Counted from the stretch's first letter, positions 19,449 to 29,082 are shown. The stretch: DNA of 64,000 nt from Oscillospiraceae bacterium (GCA_963620035.1 CAVEXN010000009.1:5332-69331), one strand, 5' to 3'. The notes: generated by a model not told the origin, from the sequence alone. Translations and numbers: made by a program.

Positions 19449-20012
19449 ATGAGACCGTCAACATTGTTGAGATGCAGTGTCACCCTGCTGGCAACGCTCC
19501 TGCTGGCAGCTTGCCAAAACAAGCCCACGGGCAGTGTCGTGGCAGACATCCATGCCCCGAAGGAAGACAAGGAAGCCCCTTTTGTGGAAGGAAACAAGCG
19601 GATTATCCGGTGGGAGAACGAGGAGATGTGTCTTTTTATAAACCGATACCGCTGGAATATGCAACAGACAGGTTCCGGACTCTATGTCGAAATTCTCGAC
19701 CCGGGCAAAGGCAACCTTTTTGAAGTGGGCGATGAGATTACGATGTCTTACAAGACTTTCTTGCTCGACGGCGAACTGATCTATGATTCGGAACATGACG
19801 GCCTGAAACGGTTCAAGGTTGCGAAATCGCCGGAAATTGAAGCCTTGCACGAAGCGGTGCGTCTGCTCCGCCCCGGTGCGGCCGCACGGATTGTCACGCC
19901 ATCGTACCTTGCCTACGGCGTGGCAGGCGACGGCGACAAGGTGGACGGACGCATGCCCCTGGCTATGATCTTCAAGATAGAAAACAATAATAATTGTAGT
20001 CCAATAAATTAA
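19449..20012 (+). CDS. FKBP-type peptidyl-prolyl isomerase, lipoprotein
   Basis: Lipobox LLLAAC. FKBP core GSGLYVEILDPGKG...YKTFLLDGELIYDS...PSYLAYG. Confidence 0.8.
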   Translation: MRPSTLLRCSVTLLATLLLAACQNKPTGSVVADIHAPKEDKEAPFVEGNKRIIRWENEEMCLFINRYRWNMQQTGSGLYVEILDPGKGNLFEVGDEITMSYKTFLLDGELIYDSEHDGLKRFKVAKSPEIEALHEAVRLLRPGAAARIVTPSYLAYGVAGDGDKVDGRMPLAMIFKIENNNNCSPIN

Positions 20013-20024
20013 CTAGAAAAACTT

Positions 20025-21002
20025 ATGGAAGAAATCAATGAAAAGAATGTTTCCTCTTGCGGAGGGGAAAATGAACAGAAACAGAACGGCAAGTCACGCA
20101 GAAAACTCTGGATAGTCGTGATATGTGCGGCTGTGGTGTTGTGCATCGCTGCTGTGGTGACATTATGCCTGACGAAAGGCTGCGGGAAATACAAAGGTTA
20201 TAAGAAAGACCGCACAACGGGCATCTATTACAAGTTTCACGGAGATGTGAATGATACGGCAGTGATGCCCAAGACCGGCGACCTGGTGGGTATCCTTTTC
20301 TCGCTCAGTGCCGGAGACTCGTTGCTCATACCGATGACCCCCAATGAATTGCAGATGGATTCTCTCTATGAGGGTGACCTTTATGCCGCTATCCGTATGA
20401 TGCATGTGGGAGATTCCGCCTCTTTTGTGCTCGACGGCCCCGAGTTTTTCCGTCATTTCATGCAAGATACGGTTTATCCTTTCGGCAAAGACCCGCTTTA
20501 CCTGAATGTCAAACTCTATGCCCAGATGCCGGCCGCCCAGTTCCAGAAGATGCGGACCGAGTATGAAGAGATGCTTCGTGACAAGAAGACCGAGGAGCAA
20601 CAGAGCATCCAGACATACGCAGCCGAGCATTTCAAGGGCGTCACCCCTACATCCCAGGGACTCTACATCAAGACGCTCAAAAAAGGTACTGGCGCACAAC
20701 CCAAACAGGGTCAGACCGTAACAGTGCATTATACCGGCAAATTCCTCGACGGCAAGTCTTTCGACAGCTCCGTTGACCGCAATGAACCTTTCAAATTCAT
20801 GCTTGGCATCGGTCAGGTGATCCCCGGCTGGGACATTACGGTGGCCGGCATGCATATAGGTGAGAAACTCACCGTGCTCATCCCTTCCGATTACGCTTAC
20901 GGCGAAAGAGGAAACTACGCCATCCCGCCGTACTCTCCGCTCGTGTTCGACATAGAACTGCTCGGTATCGATGACGGAACAGAGACTGCAATTGCACAAT
21001 AA
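20025..21002 (+). CDS. FKBP-type peptidyl-prolyl isomerase, membrane-anchored (FkpA/FklB-like)
   Basis: TVTVHYTGKFLDGKSFDSS, GQVIPGWD, IPSDYAYGERG; N-terminal TM helix. Confidence 0.88.
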   Translation: MEEINEKNVSSCGGENEQKQNGKSRRKLWIVVICAAVVLCIAAVVTLCLTKGCGKYKGYKKDRTTGIYYKFHGDVNDTAVMPKTGDLVGILFSLSAGDSLLIPMTPNELQMDSLYEGDLYAAIRMMHVGDSASFVLDGPEFFRHFMQDTVYPFGKDPLYLNVKLYAQMPAAQFQKMRTEYEEMLRDKKTEEQQSIQTYAAEHFKGVTPTSQGLYIKTLKKGTGAQPKQGQTVTVHYTGKFLDGKSFDSSVDRNEPFKFMLGIGQVIPGWDITVAGMHIGEKLTVLIPSDYAYGERGNYAIPPYSPLVFDIELLGIDDGTETAIAQ

Positions 21003-22701
21003 TAATGCAGTATGGCGCCGCCGCCTTGCAAGAAAAACCGCAATTTTCTGCATCTGTGTGGCACTCGTCTGCTTTGCAGGCTGCCGCAAGAAGAACGGCA
21101 AAGTTCATCTTGACAAAAAAACAGAGACGGCTACACAGACGCGGAATGTTACGGTGACCGAAAACAACCTTCCTGATTTCAGTACGTTGAACCTGGAGGG
21201 CTGCTACTGCGGCAACGTGGCTGGAAAATACTGCTTCGTAGAAATCGACAGGCAGAACAACGACAGCATTGAGGGGCGCTGCTATCCGGTCGGGCAAACG
21301 GCCTGGACGGATGCATCCCCTTTCTGCATTTACCGCAACGGAAACCACTGTTTTTACAGGGACAGAGGACAGGAAAGAGAGATCCGGTTTGAAGTCACCG
21401 TAGATTCAACCGCCCTGAATGGCGAATTTCGATTCAAACGGGCACTCTTTTCCAACGACATTTCGCTTAAACGTTACCATGCCCCCGAGGTACACACTTA
21501 TCCCGTGTCCCGACTGATGAAGCCGCAGTTCGAGGTGACCGAACGCACAGATGTGGAGTATGCAAAAGCCCGTGGCTATTGGTCGTCTTACCCGATTTGC
21601 GACTCGCGTTATATGAAGATGATTTGCGAGACGGTGACCAAAAAAATAGTGCCCAAGGAACTCTCCCTGACAATGGATCTCTATTGTCCCGAAAACGATA
21701 CGCTCAAAAAGCACCCCTTGATTATGTTTATCCATGGCGGCGCATTCTATTTCGGCGACAAAGGGTCAGAGGCAATGAGCGGCTGGTGTCGCCATTTTGC
21801 CAGTCTGGGCTATGTTACGGCTTCGCTCAACTACCGTATGGGCTTCCGTCTGTCAGGCAAGTCGATACGGCAGTGCGAATACAATGCCATACAAGACGCA
21901 CATGCCGCTTTCCGTTTCTTGACGGCACATGCCGCCGAGTACGGTATCGACACATCGGCGCTCTTTGTGGCGGGCACGAGCGCCGGTGCCATCATTGCCC
22001 TTAATGTGGCCTATCTGTCGGCTGCAACAGAAATCCCGTTTGTTCGTCAGACAAATATGACAGACAGGAACGGCAAACTGGACGGGTCGGGCAATTCGCT
22101 CAAAAACAAATTCCGCATATGCGGCGTGGCAAACATGTGGGGTGCGGTGTTTGATACGGACGTGCTGGAAAACAGGAACATACCGGTTATATCATTCCAT
22201 GGTACGGCAGACGACATTGTGCCTTACGAAGAGGGATTACCGATGTCAAACCTGAAACTGAATCCCGGCGAGGCCCTTCTCGAAAAAATGTATGGTTCCG
22301 CCTCAATCCACAAGAAACTGGACGAACTGCGGGTGTATAACGAGTTTTATCCTATTAATGGAGGCCTCCATGCACCATACCAGACTCGCGACGGAAGCCT
22401 AAACCAGTATTATTACTTCATTCAGGACAAAATGCGGTGTTTCTTTTACCGGATTTTAGACGAAACCGCCCCCATTGTGCGAGTCAAGGGCGAGCCCGGG
22501 GGCTATGAAGTCAACGATGAGCGAGTGGCCATTATTGACTGGGAAGCGACGGGAGGTTTCATTCTGAACCAAGAGGGGCCACGCGTCGAGGTGGTTTGGC
22601 GCAAAGACACGCCAGTGCATACGCTCTCTGCTGTCGGGATGTTGGATTCGGGAATCCCTTTCAACACCTCCATAGACATAAAAGAAGAGACGGAGCAATG
22701 A
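20971..22701 (+). CDS. Alpha/beta hydrolase (carboxylesterase-like) lipoprotein
   Basis: HGGAF oxyanion motif and GTSAGA nucleophile elbow. Lipobox VCFAGC. The only start candidate overlaps the upstream FKBP gene by 32 nt. Confidence 0.75.
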   Translation: MTEQRLQLHNNNAVWRRRLARKTAIFCICVALVCFAGCRKKNGKVHLDKKTETATQTRNVTVTENNLPDFSTLNLEGCYCGNVAGKYCFVEIDRQNNDSIEGRCYPVGQTAWTDASPFCIYRNGNHCFYRDRGQEREIRFEVTVDSTALNGEFRFKRALFSNDISLKRYHAPEVHTYPVSRLMKPQFEVTERTDVEYAKARGYWSSYPICDSRYMKMICETVTKKIVPKELSLTMDLYCPENDTLKKHPLIMFIHGGAFYFGDKGSEAMSGWCRHFASLGYVTASLNYRMGFRLSGKSIRQCEYNAIQDAHAAFRFLTAHAAEYGIDTSALFVAGTSAGAIIALNVAYLSAATEIPFVRQTNMTDRNGKLDGSGNSLKNKFRICGVANMWGAVFDTDVLENRNIPVISFHGTADDIVPYEEGLPMSNLKLNPGEALLEKMYGSASIHKKLDELRVYNEFYPINGGLHAPYQTRDGSLNQYYYFIQDKMRCFFYRILDETAPIVRVKGEPGGYEVNDERVAIIDWEATGGFILNQEGPRVEVVWRKDTPVHTLSAVGMLDSGIPFNTSIDIKEETEQ

Positions 22702-24578
22702 AACATGATCCTTTCTTGATGCATCGTTTGCCATTGTTTATGATTGTTTCCGTTTATCTGCTGCTGCTGGAGACGAGCTGCTCCAGATTGTCTCCAAAGG
22801 AGCCTAAACCGCAGTGGTTCAAACGCTATGCTTTTTATGACAACCGGGAATACGAGGCCTATTTCAGACAAAGAATTGCCGGAATGCCCGACGATACGCT
22901 GCCCGGCTGGGCGTGGGTGCTTTCCCACTACCGCGACAAGGGAAAGCCGGAGTGGACGGCACACGGTTTCCAGACGCACCGGATTGATGCGCTGCTCGGC
23001 AGCCTGTCAGCAGTTTATGAACACGGAATTCCGGCTGCTTTTTTCAACGAATCATACCTTACGGCGCAAATCGGCGCTTTGAAACGCTATGTTCCGACAG
23101 ATGCCCGCAGCCTCTATGCCGCACTGTTCCGGCTGGAGATGTCAATGACGGAGGCATACGTCCGCTATGCCGAGGCCTTGCAGTACGGCGCCACCCGCCC
23201 CGAAGTCGCCAACGGCGGAAAATGGCTTTATGAAACGGAAATGCCCGACTCTCTTTTTGTCTCGTCACTGATGGGTAATATGAATCGCCTTCCCATAATC
23301 TTGAAAGAACTTCAGCCGACAGACACCTCTTATTTGATTCTGCAGGAAGAACTGCGCATGCTCTATCCTTTTAAAGATACAGTGTTGCAACAGATCCCGC
23401 ACTTGTCTTTGGCGTTGAACCAAACAAACGTCGCGGTGAATGCAATCTGCGGCAGACTCCGTCTTACGGGCGAACTGCTTGACGATGGCGGTACAGACGT
23501 GTTGACCGAAGAAGTGATGGCAGCCGTGAATTTGTTTAGGGAAAACAATGCACTGCCCCAAAGCGATACACTTGACAGAGAAACTATAGACTGCCTCAAT
23601 CGTCCGATTTCCTATTATGTGGATAAGGTCGCCGTTAACCTCGAACGGATGCGCTGGAAAACAGTCGCTAAGAAGTCGGATTCATTCATTTCAGTAAACA
23701 TCCCGGACTTTAGTTTGAGCGTATTCCGTGACGGTGAAAGAGTGTTCAACACCCGAATCTGTTGCGGCAAGGGCAAGAAACCCGCCAACGACCCTGCCCG
23801 CATGCGTAACGGCTTGGTGAATGCGTTCAAGTCTGAAACGCCGCTCCTGTACGGAGAAATATCCAGTGTGGTGCTCAATCCGGAATGGAACATCCCCTAT
23901 AACATCATGCGAGACGAGTACTATCCCAAGTTGTGCCGCGACAATGTGCAGTTGATCCAAAGAGAGCATTTGCTGGTGCGCGACACACGCACAGGGAAAC
24001 TTGTCGCCCCCGAAACCATCGACTGGACCAACATCAACCCTAAGAATATCCCGTACCGGCTGGTCCAGCAGTCCGGCATATTCAACGCTTTAGGGCGCAT
24101 AAAGTTCGATTTTCAAAACGAGGAGTCTGTATATCTGCACGACACGAACAACAAGGGGGCTTTCAAACGTCGCACCAGGGCGTTGAGCCACGGATGCGTC
24201 AGGGTGGAGAACCCTTTTGATCTGGCTGCATTGCTGTACGAGATGAACGGGTTTGACAGCCTGAAAAGAGAACAACTCGACATTCTTGCCGGCAAGGAGC
24301 CTACGACGGAAGCGGGTGAGAAATATGCTGATGACATCCGCAAGAAAGACTCGATGCGCTATGCAAGGCTCGCGGAGCAAGACAAAAGGTTTTATCGCCG
24401 CCTGATCCCTACACGCATAAAACTGGAATGCAAAATGCCGCTTTTCATCGAATACTTGACCTGTTTTGTCGGCGAAAACGGCTATGTGCAGTATCGCAGG
24501 GATGTTTATGGTAAAGACGGTAATATTCTCAAGTTGCTTGAGTCCCATACCGTAACGCCACAACGGGAGAGAAAGTGA
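22698..24578 (+). CDS. L,D-transpeptidase family protein (YcbB/LdtD-like)
   Basis: YkuD catalytic motif SHGCVRVENP, peptidoglycan-binding-like region upstream. The ATG overlaps the upstream stop (ATGA). Confidence 0.85.
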   Translation: MKHDPFLMHRLPLFMIVSVYLLLLETSCSRLSPKEPKPQWFKRYAFYDNREYEAYFRQRIAGMPDDTLPGWAWVLSHYRDKGKPEWTAHGFQTHRIDALLGSLSAVYEHGIPAAFFNESYLTAQIGALKRYVPTDARSLYAALFRLEMSMTEAYVRYAEALQYGATRPEVANGGKWLYETEMPDSLFVSSLMGNMNRLPIILKELQPTDTSYLILQEELRMLYPFKDTVLQQIPHLSLALNQTNVAVNAICGRLRLTGELLDDGGTDVLTEEVMAAVNLFRENNALPQSDTLDRETIDCLNRPISYYVDKVAVNLERMRWKTVAKKSDSFISVNIPDFSLSVFRDGERVFNTRICCGKGKKPANDPARMRNGLVNAFKSETPLLYGEISSVVLNPEWNIPYNIMRDEYYPKLCRDNVQLIQREHLLVRDTRTGKLVAPETIDWTNINPKNIPYRLVQQSGIFNALGRIKFDFQNEESVYLHDTNNKGAFKRRTRALSHGCVRVENPFDLAALLYEMNGFDSLKREQLDILAGKEPTTEAGEKYADDIRKKDSMRYARLAEQDKRFYRRLIPTRIKLECKMPLFIEYLTCFVGENGYVQYRRDVYGKDGNILKLLESHTVTPQRERK

Positions 24579-24655
24579 CAGCCCGGTTTTTTATGCGGAA
24601 CATACAACAAAAAATCATAGTTGGCGTTGATTGTTATCAAATGAAATCTGTGAAT

Positions 24656-25306
24656 ATGAAACCGGTGATATTAATTGTAACGCTTCTTTGCAGTCTGCTT
24701 GCCTTTTCCGCAAGCGCCCAGAATACCGACGGCGGGGCAACAGAATTGCTGAAAAAGGTCTCCGACAAGTACCAGTCATATAGTTCTATGCAGTTCCGCT
24801 ATACACTGAAAGCCACAAAAGACAACAAAACATTGCACACAATAACGGGCGACTTTGCCATCAAAGGCAGCAAATACAGGACGGGTTTCAACGGCCAGGA
24901 CTTTTTCTGCGACGGCACGACAATCTGGAACTACCAGAAAGAGACTAATGAGGTCTCCATTTATGATTATGACCCCGAGGATGATGACAATATGATGAAC
25001 CCGCAGCGTATTCTGAAGAACTGGTATGCGCATTTTCGGGCTAAATACATCCGCGACGAGTATGTTGGCGGAAAATCTGTCGCCTTGATTGACCTTACAC
25101 CAAAGACGGCACAGTCGTATTACAGAATACGGCTGCATGTGGATAAGAGCGGAAACCGCATTGTGAGGATTTCAGTATATGACAAAGACAATACCGTCTA
25201 TGCGTACTATATTGAACAATTCAAGGCAAATGTAACCTTGTCTGACGGCTATTTTGTGTTCGACAAGAGTACGTATCCCAACGTTGAGGTGAATGATATG
25301 AGATAG
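24656..25306 (+). CDS. LolA-like outer-membrane lipoprotein carrier family protein
   Basis: Signal peptide, size and strand pattern (FRYTLKA...FAIKGSKYR...) resemble LolA/LolB-fold proteins. Start at 24641 or 24656. Confidence 0.6.
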   Translation: MKPVILIVTLLCSLLAFSASAQNTDGGATELLKKVSDKYQSYSSMQFRYTLKATKDNKTLHTITGDFAIKGSKYRTGFNGQDFFCDGTTIWNYQKETNEVSIYDYDPEDDDNMMNPQRILKNWYAHFRAKYIRDEYVGGKSVALIDLTPKTAQSYYRIRLHVDKSGNRIVRISVYDKDNTVYAYYIEQFKANVTLSDGYFVFDKSTYPNVEVNDMR

Positions 25307-25397
25307 CAAAAAAGTTGTCTATAGCATAAAACAACAATAAAATAGAAAATGAAACTGCTGTTGGACTTTTGACCGGCTTATTTTTTTTTGGGGGGGG

Positions 25398-25471
25398 TGG
25401 GTCGTATTGGAGTTGAACCAATGACCTCTGCCGTGTGAAAGCAGCGCTCTAAACCACTGAGCTAACGACCC
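25398..25471 (-). tRNA. tRNA-Val (anticodon CAC)
   Basis: Hand-folded cloverleaf: acceptor GGGTCGT/ACGACCC, D arm GCTC/GAGC, anticodon stem CTGCT/GGCAG with loop TTCACAC, T arm ATTGG/CCAAT with TTCAACT loop. CCA not encoded. Confidence 0.9.
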
Positions 25472-25485
25472 CTCAAAAGGCGGTG

Positions 25486-25493
25486 CAAAGATA
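25486..25493 (-). promoter_or_regulatory. -7 box TATCTTTG for tRNA-Val
   Basis: Reverse complement of caaagata, 15 nt upstream of the tRNA 5' end. Confidence 0.45.
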
Positions 25494-25765
25494 CACTTTT
25501 TTGAATATGAAAGGCATCTGATAAAAAACTTTTCTTGTCCTGTCATGACTATCTGATACAATCCCGGGGAAAAAGGAAAGTAGATGTCAGAAAAACAAGC
25601 ACAGATTCCTGATTAGGCACATTTTTTTGCGGGAAGAAAAGCATTTGTGATGGGGTTATGATCTGTTTTTCCTGTTGTATCGGTGTTTTAAATATTTGAG
25701 GATAAAAAAGATAAAACAAGATTCCAAAAAAGATGGCAAGGGGTTGTGAATGTTGAAAAAAAGTG

Positions 25766-25773
25766 TACTTTTG
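25766..25773 (+). promoter_or_regulatory. -7 box TACTTTTG for tRNA-Pro
   Basis: TAnnTTTG match 32 nt upstream of the tRNA. Confidence 0.45.
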
Positions 25774-25804
25774 CCGCCGATAAGTTTTAAGGGTAATAAT
25801 GGTA

Positions 25805-25877
25805 CGGGGTGTAGCGCAGTTGGTAGCGCGCTACGTTCGGGACGTAGAGGCCGGAAGTTCGAGTCTTCTCACCCCGA
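25805..25877 (+). tRNA. tRNA-Pro (anticodon CGG)
   Basis: Acceptor CGGGGTG/CACCCCG, D arm GCGC/GCGC, anticodon stem CTACG/CGTAG with loop TTCGGGA, T arm GGAAG/CTTCT with TTCGAGT. CCA encoded at 25878-25880. Confidence 0.92.
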
Positions 25878-25885
25878 CCAAAAAA

Positions 25886-25914
25886 AGAGATGCCAAGCGG
25901 TATTTCTTTTTTTT
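25886..25914 (+). terminator. Rho-independent terminator after tRNA-Pro
   Basis: agagatgcc / ggtatttct 9-bp stem (two G-U), loop aagc, followed by T8. Confidence 0.65.
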
Positions 25915-25937
25915 GTCTGCGCTTTACGGAAAAAGTT

Positions 25938-25945
25938 TATTTTTG
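25938..25945 (+). promoter_or_regulatory. -7 box TATTTTTG for dapD
   Basis: TAnnTTTG match about 70 nt upstream of the ATG at 26016. Confidence 0.4.
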
Positions 25946-26015
25946 CGCCCCGTTCAAAGATATGCCAAAACACTTTCTTGTGATACGGAACAAATTGTAA
26001 AATAATGATTTGAAT

Positions 26016-26810
26016 ATGCAGGAAATAATTGAACAAATATGGAACAATCGCGAACTTCTGAATGAAAAGGAGCCTCGGGAAGCCGTTTTGGAAGTGGTTT
26101 CCTTGCTTGACAAAGGTGAAATCCGGGTAGCAGAACCCAATGGAGGCAAATGGCAAGTGAACGAATGGGTGAAAAAAGCCATTCTGCTGTACTTCACCGT
26201 CCGCCCGATGGAAGCATTTAAGGTAGGTCCGTTCGAGTATTATGACAAAATTCCGTTGAAGTCGGGTTTTGAGAACAATAAAGTGCGCATAGTACCCAAT
26301 GCCGTAGCACGTTATGGTTCTTATCAGGCATCCGGGGTGGTTTGTATGCCTTCATATTTGAACATAGGGTCATACGTGGACAGCGGCACTATGGTGGACA
26401 CATGGGCCACGGTGGGGTCTTGCGCACAGATTGGCAAGAATGTGCATCTGAGCGGCGGCGTGGGCATCGGCGGCGTGTTAGAGCCACTTCAGGCCTCGCC
26501 GGTCATCATCGAAGACCATTGTTTCATAGGCTCCCGTGCCATTGTGGTGGAAGGAGTCCGCGTGAGACGCGGCGCCGTGCTTGCCGCCAATGTGGTGCTT
26601 ACAGCCTCAACCAGAATCATTGATGTTACGGGCAAAGAACCTAAAGAGTACAAGTCGGAAGTGCCCGAAAATGCCGTGGTGATTCCCGGCACCCGCCCCA
26701 AACAGTTCCAGGCCGGCACTTTCGAGGTGGCATGCGCACTCATTATCGGAAGACGCAAGGAGAGCACCGATACCAAAACTTCTCTTAATGAAGCGCTGCG
26801 GCTTCTATAG
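26016..26810 (+). CDS. dapD: 2,3,4,5-tetrahydropyridine-2,6-dicarboxylate N-succinyltransferase
   Basis: N-terminal helical domain followed by left-handed beta-helix hexapeptide repeats (GKNVHLSGGVGIGGVLEP, IIEDHCFIGSRAIVVEGV). The track start is a TTG 2 codons upstream. Confidence 0.9.
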   Translation: MQEIIEQIWNNRELLNEKEPREAVLEVVSLLDKGEIRVAEPNGGKWQVNEWVKKAILLYFTVRPMEAFKVGPFEYYDKIPLKSGFENNKVRIVPNAVARYGSYQASGVVCMPSYLNIGSYVDSGTMVDTWATVGSCAQIGKNVHLSGGVGIGGVLEPLQASPVIIEDHCFIGSRAIVVEGVRVRRGAVLAANVVLTASTRIIDVTGKEPKEYKSEVPENAVVIPGTRPKQFQAGTFEVACALIIGRRKESTDTKTSLNEALRLL

Positions 26811-26889
26811 TTTTCGCCATTTTCTGTATTCTTGACAAATAGACAATACACTTCAATTATCTAATATTTTCAACCAAAATTATCTTGTT

Positions 26890-27411
26890 ATGAGAAATTT
26901 GAAATTAGCAGTTGTCGCCCTCGCATTGGTCTCGGGCATTTCGTCCACCGCACAGGCACAGGCTCCTTACAAACACAGCATCGGAGCAACGCTTGGCAGC
27001 ATGGAAGCATTTTCCTGGAAAACCTTCTGCAACAATCATTTCGCCATCCAGATTGATGCCGGCTCCAAATTTACGGTCGGTGCTTTCCGGCATGCATCTG
27101 CTGATATATACACTGCAGAGGCCAATGCCAACTTTATGTACCAAGGTCATTTGTCCAAAAAACTATATGGTTTCGTAGGCGGAGGTCCGAGCCTAGGCTA
27201 CTGCTGGAACCAAAGCTGGGAAGGCTGGTATAATCGCCACTACATCGGCAAATTCGGTGTCAATGCTATCTTCGGACTCGAACACAAAATCAACGCCCCT
27301 GTCACGTTCCAGTTGGATTTCCGTCCCGGCTATGGTATGCTCTTCAATGAAAACTGGACAGGGAACTATTTCGACTGGGGTCTGAACTTCGGCGTCCGTT
27401 ATACGTTCTAA
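26890..27411 (+). CDS. Small outer-membrane beta-barrel protein, paralog 1
   Basis: Signal peptide ...SSTAQA, C-terminal ...NFGVRYTF. About half the residues match the next gene by eye. Confidence 0.6.
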   Translation: MRNLKLAVVALALVSGISSTAQAQAPYKHSIGATLGSMEAFSWKTFCNNHFAIQIDAGSKFTVGAFRHASADIYTAEANANFMYQGHLSKKLYGFVGGGPSLGYCWNQSWEGWYNRHYIGKFGVNAIFGLEHKINAPVTFQLDFRPGYGMLFNENWTGNYFDWGLNFGVRYTF

Positions 27412-27464
27412 CTTTTTTTTTTCTTGTCTGGCATATTGCCGGCATTAGAATAAATACGATATTT

Positions 27465-27494
27465 GGGCAGTCATTTCAAATGGCTGCCCTTTTT
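27465..27494 (+). terminator. Rho-independent terminator between the two OMP paralogs
   Basis: gggcagtc / ggctgccc stem followed by T5. Confidence 0.65.
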
Positions 27495-27520
27495 ATGTTG
27501 TAAATAATAAGAAACTCATT

Positions 27521-28099
27521 ATGAAGAGATTGGGATTGTTTTTGATGACCATTGCAATGACGGCGTTTTCCTCTTTGCGGGCTCAGAATGTAGAAAGCAA
27601 CACGCCTGAAAACACTAAAATGCCTTATAAGAACAGCATAGGCGTTTCATTGCAGAGCCTGAACGGTAGTGCCTATAAGACATTCTGTACCGACCATTTT
27701 GCAATTCAGGTCGACTTGGGCACGAAGTTCACGATTGGGGCCTCGCGCGATTTTGAATATACCATTGAATTTGTTTCAACCGTTGAGGCTGCGGTCAATT
27801 TTATGGCAGAGGCGAATCTTTTCAAAGGCTTGTATGGTTTCATCGGCGGAGGTGTCAGCTTTGGATATTGTTGGAACTTAGGCAATTGGACACCCATAAG
27901 TGACAATTACCGCGGTTGGGAATATTATGACTTTGCGAAGTTCGGTGCCAACGCGCTTTTCGGACTGGAGTACAAACTCAACATCCCGCTCACCATACAA
28001 CTTGACTTCCGCCCGGGCTACGGCATGCTCTTTGACGACGATCATCTTGTCTCTTATTTTGATTGGGCTGTCAATGCCGGTGTCCGCTATACATTCTGA
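27521..28099 (+). CDS. Small outer-membrane beta-barrel protein, paralog 2
   Basis: Shares PYKxSIG, KTFCxxHFAIQxD, LYGFxGGG, GYCWN, QLDFRPGYGMLF and GVRYTF blocks with 26890-27411. Confidence 0.6.
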   Translation: MKRLGLFLMTIAMTAFSSLRAQNVESNTPENTKMPYKNSIGVSLQSLNGSAYKTFCTDHFAIQVDLGTKFTIGASRDFEYTIEFVSTVEAAVNFMAEANLFKGLYGFIGGGVSFGYCWNLGNWTPISDNYRGWEYYDFAKFGANALFGLEYKLNIPLTIQLDFRPGYGMLFDDDHLVSYFDWAVNAGVRYTF

Positions 28100-28119
28100 T
28101 AATAACAGCAAAACCGGCT

Positions 28120-28839
28120 ATGACCTCTGGCAAATTGTATCTGATTCCGACGCCACTCGGCGAAGGCGACTTTCAACACTTCTTTCCCGCCCTCAATGCG
28201 GAACTCATCAACAGAATTGAAGTTTACATCGTGGAAGAGGTGCGCACGGCCCGTCGATTTCTTCGCTATGCCGGCATAAAACGCCCCATCGACGAGCTGA
28301 AGTTCTTCGTGCTGAACGAACACACGCAAGGCAGTGACTTGAATGAGTATCTGCAGCCTTGCATCGAGGGTAAAGACCTCGGGCTGATGTCGGAGGCCGG
28401 TGTGCCTTGTGTGGCAGACCCGGGAAACAAAGTCGTTGCCAAGGCGCATCAACTCAACATTGATGTAGTGCCGCTCATTGGTCCCAGTTCCATAATCCTC
28501 TCGCTGATGGGCAGCGGACTCAACGGCCAGAACTTCACGTTTGACGGTTACCTGCCCATTGACCAGCACGACCGTGAACAGCAGATAAAATCCATAGAAA
28601 CTGACGCACTCCGCAGAAACCGGACTCATATTTTCATAGAGACCCCCTACCGGAACCAGCGGATGATAGCTTCAATCTGCAGCATCTGCCAGCCCGCCAC
28701 AAGAGTTTGCATAGCGGCCGGACTTACCGCCCCCGGCCAGTTCCTGAAAACGATGTCAGTGGCCAAGTGGCGCAAGTTTTTTGAAAATCCGGAACATCAG
28801 TTCGGCAAAGTTCCGGCTATTTTCTTGATAGGAAGATAA
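28120..28839 (+). CDS. SAM-dependent methyltransferase, tetrapyrrole-methylase (RsmI-like) fold
   Basis: LYLIPTPLGEG N-terminus, SEAGVPCVADPG and GPSSIILSLMGSG motifs of the TP_methylase/RsmI family. Start moved to the ATG at 28120. Confidence 0.75.
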   Translation: MTSGKLYLIPTPLGEGDFQHFFPALNAELINRIEVYIVEEVRTARRFLRYAGIKRPIDELKFFVLNEHTQGSDLNEYLQPCIEGKDLGLMSEAGVPCVADPGNKVVAKAHQLNIDVVPLIGPSSIILSLMGSGLNGQNFTFDGYLPIDQHDREQQIKSIETDALRRNRTHIFIETPYRNQRMIASICSICQPATRVCIAAGLTAPGQFLKTMSVAKWRKFFENPEHQFGKVPAIFLIGR

Positions 28840-29074
28840 AAATATCAGCACTGCCGCAAGAACAAGCAACTGATTGCGGCAAAGGCTGGACAGAAAAGGA
28901 AAAATTTTGACTTTTGACCTTTTTTCGTCCAACGCATAAGTCCTCGGGCAGACGTAAGACTTTAAGATGAGTCGATTATGCGTAACGCCTCGTAAGTCTT
29001 ATGTCTAAAATCACTTTCGTATGGTAGCCGTGTAAAAAACTATCGCAGTTTCTACACCCGCATAGTTTTTTTTG

Positions 29075-29082
29075 TATTTTTG
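29075..29082 (+). promoter_or_regulatory. -7 box TATTTTTG for tRNA-Leu
   Basis: TAnnTTTG match 44 nt upstream of the tRNA. Confidence 0.45.

Noticed and set aside
23618-23626. A perfect DnaA-box-like nonamer, TGTGGATAA.
   Set aside because: It is a single copy inside the L,D-transpeptidase coding region. There is no cluster of boxes, no AT-rich unwinding element and no dnaA nearby, so it is not an origin.
25381-25400. A T9 G8 homopolymer pair directly abutting the 3' end of tRNA-Val (C8 A9 on the tRNA strand). I considered it as a phase-variable tract or integration scar.
   Set aside because: There is no ORF or promoter box whose spacing it could alter. I found no direct repeat of the tRNA 3' end and no mobile-element genes nearby. 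It is most simply trailer or terminator-region sequence, and the run length may also be unreliable in an assembly.
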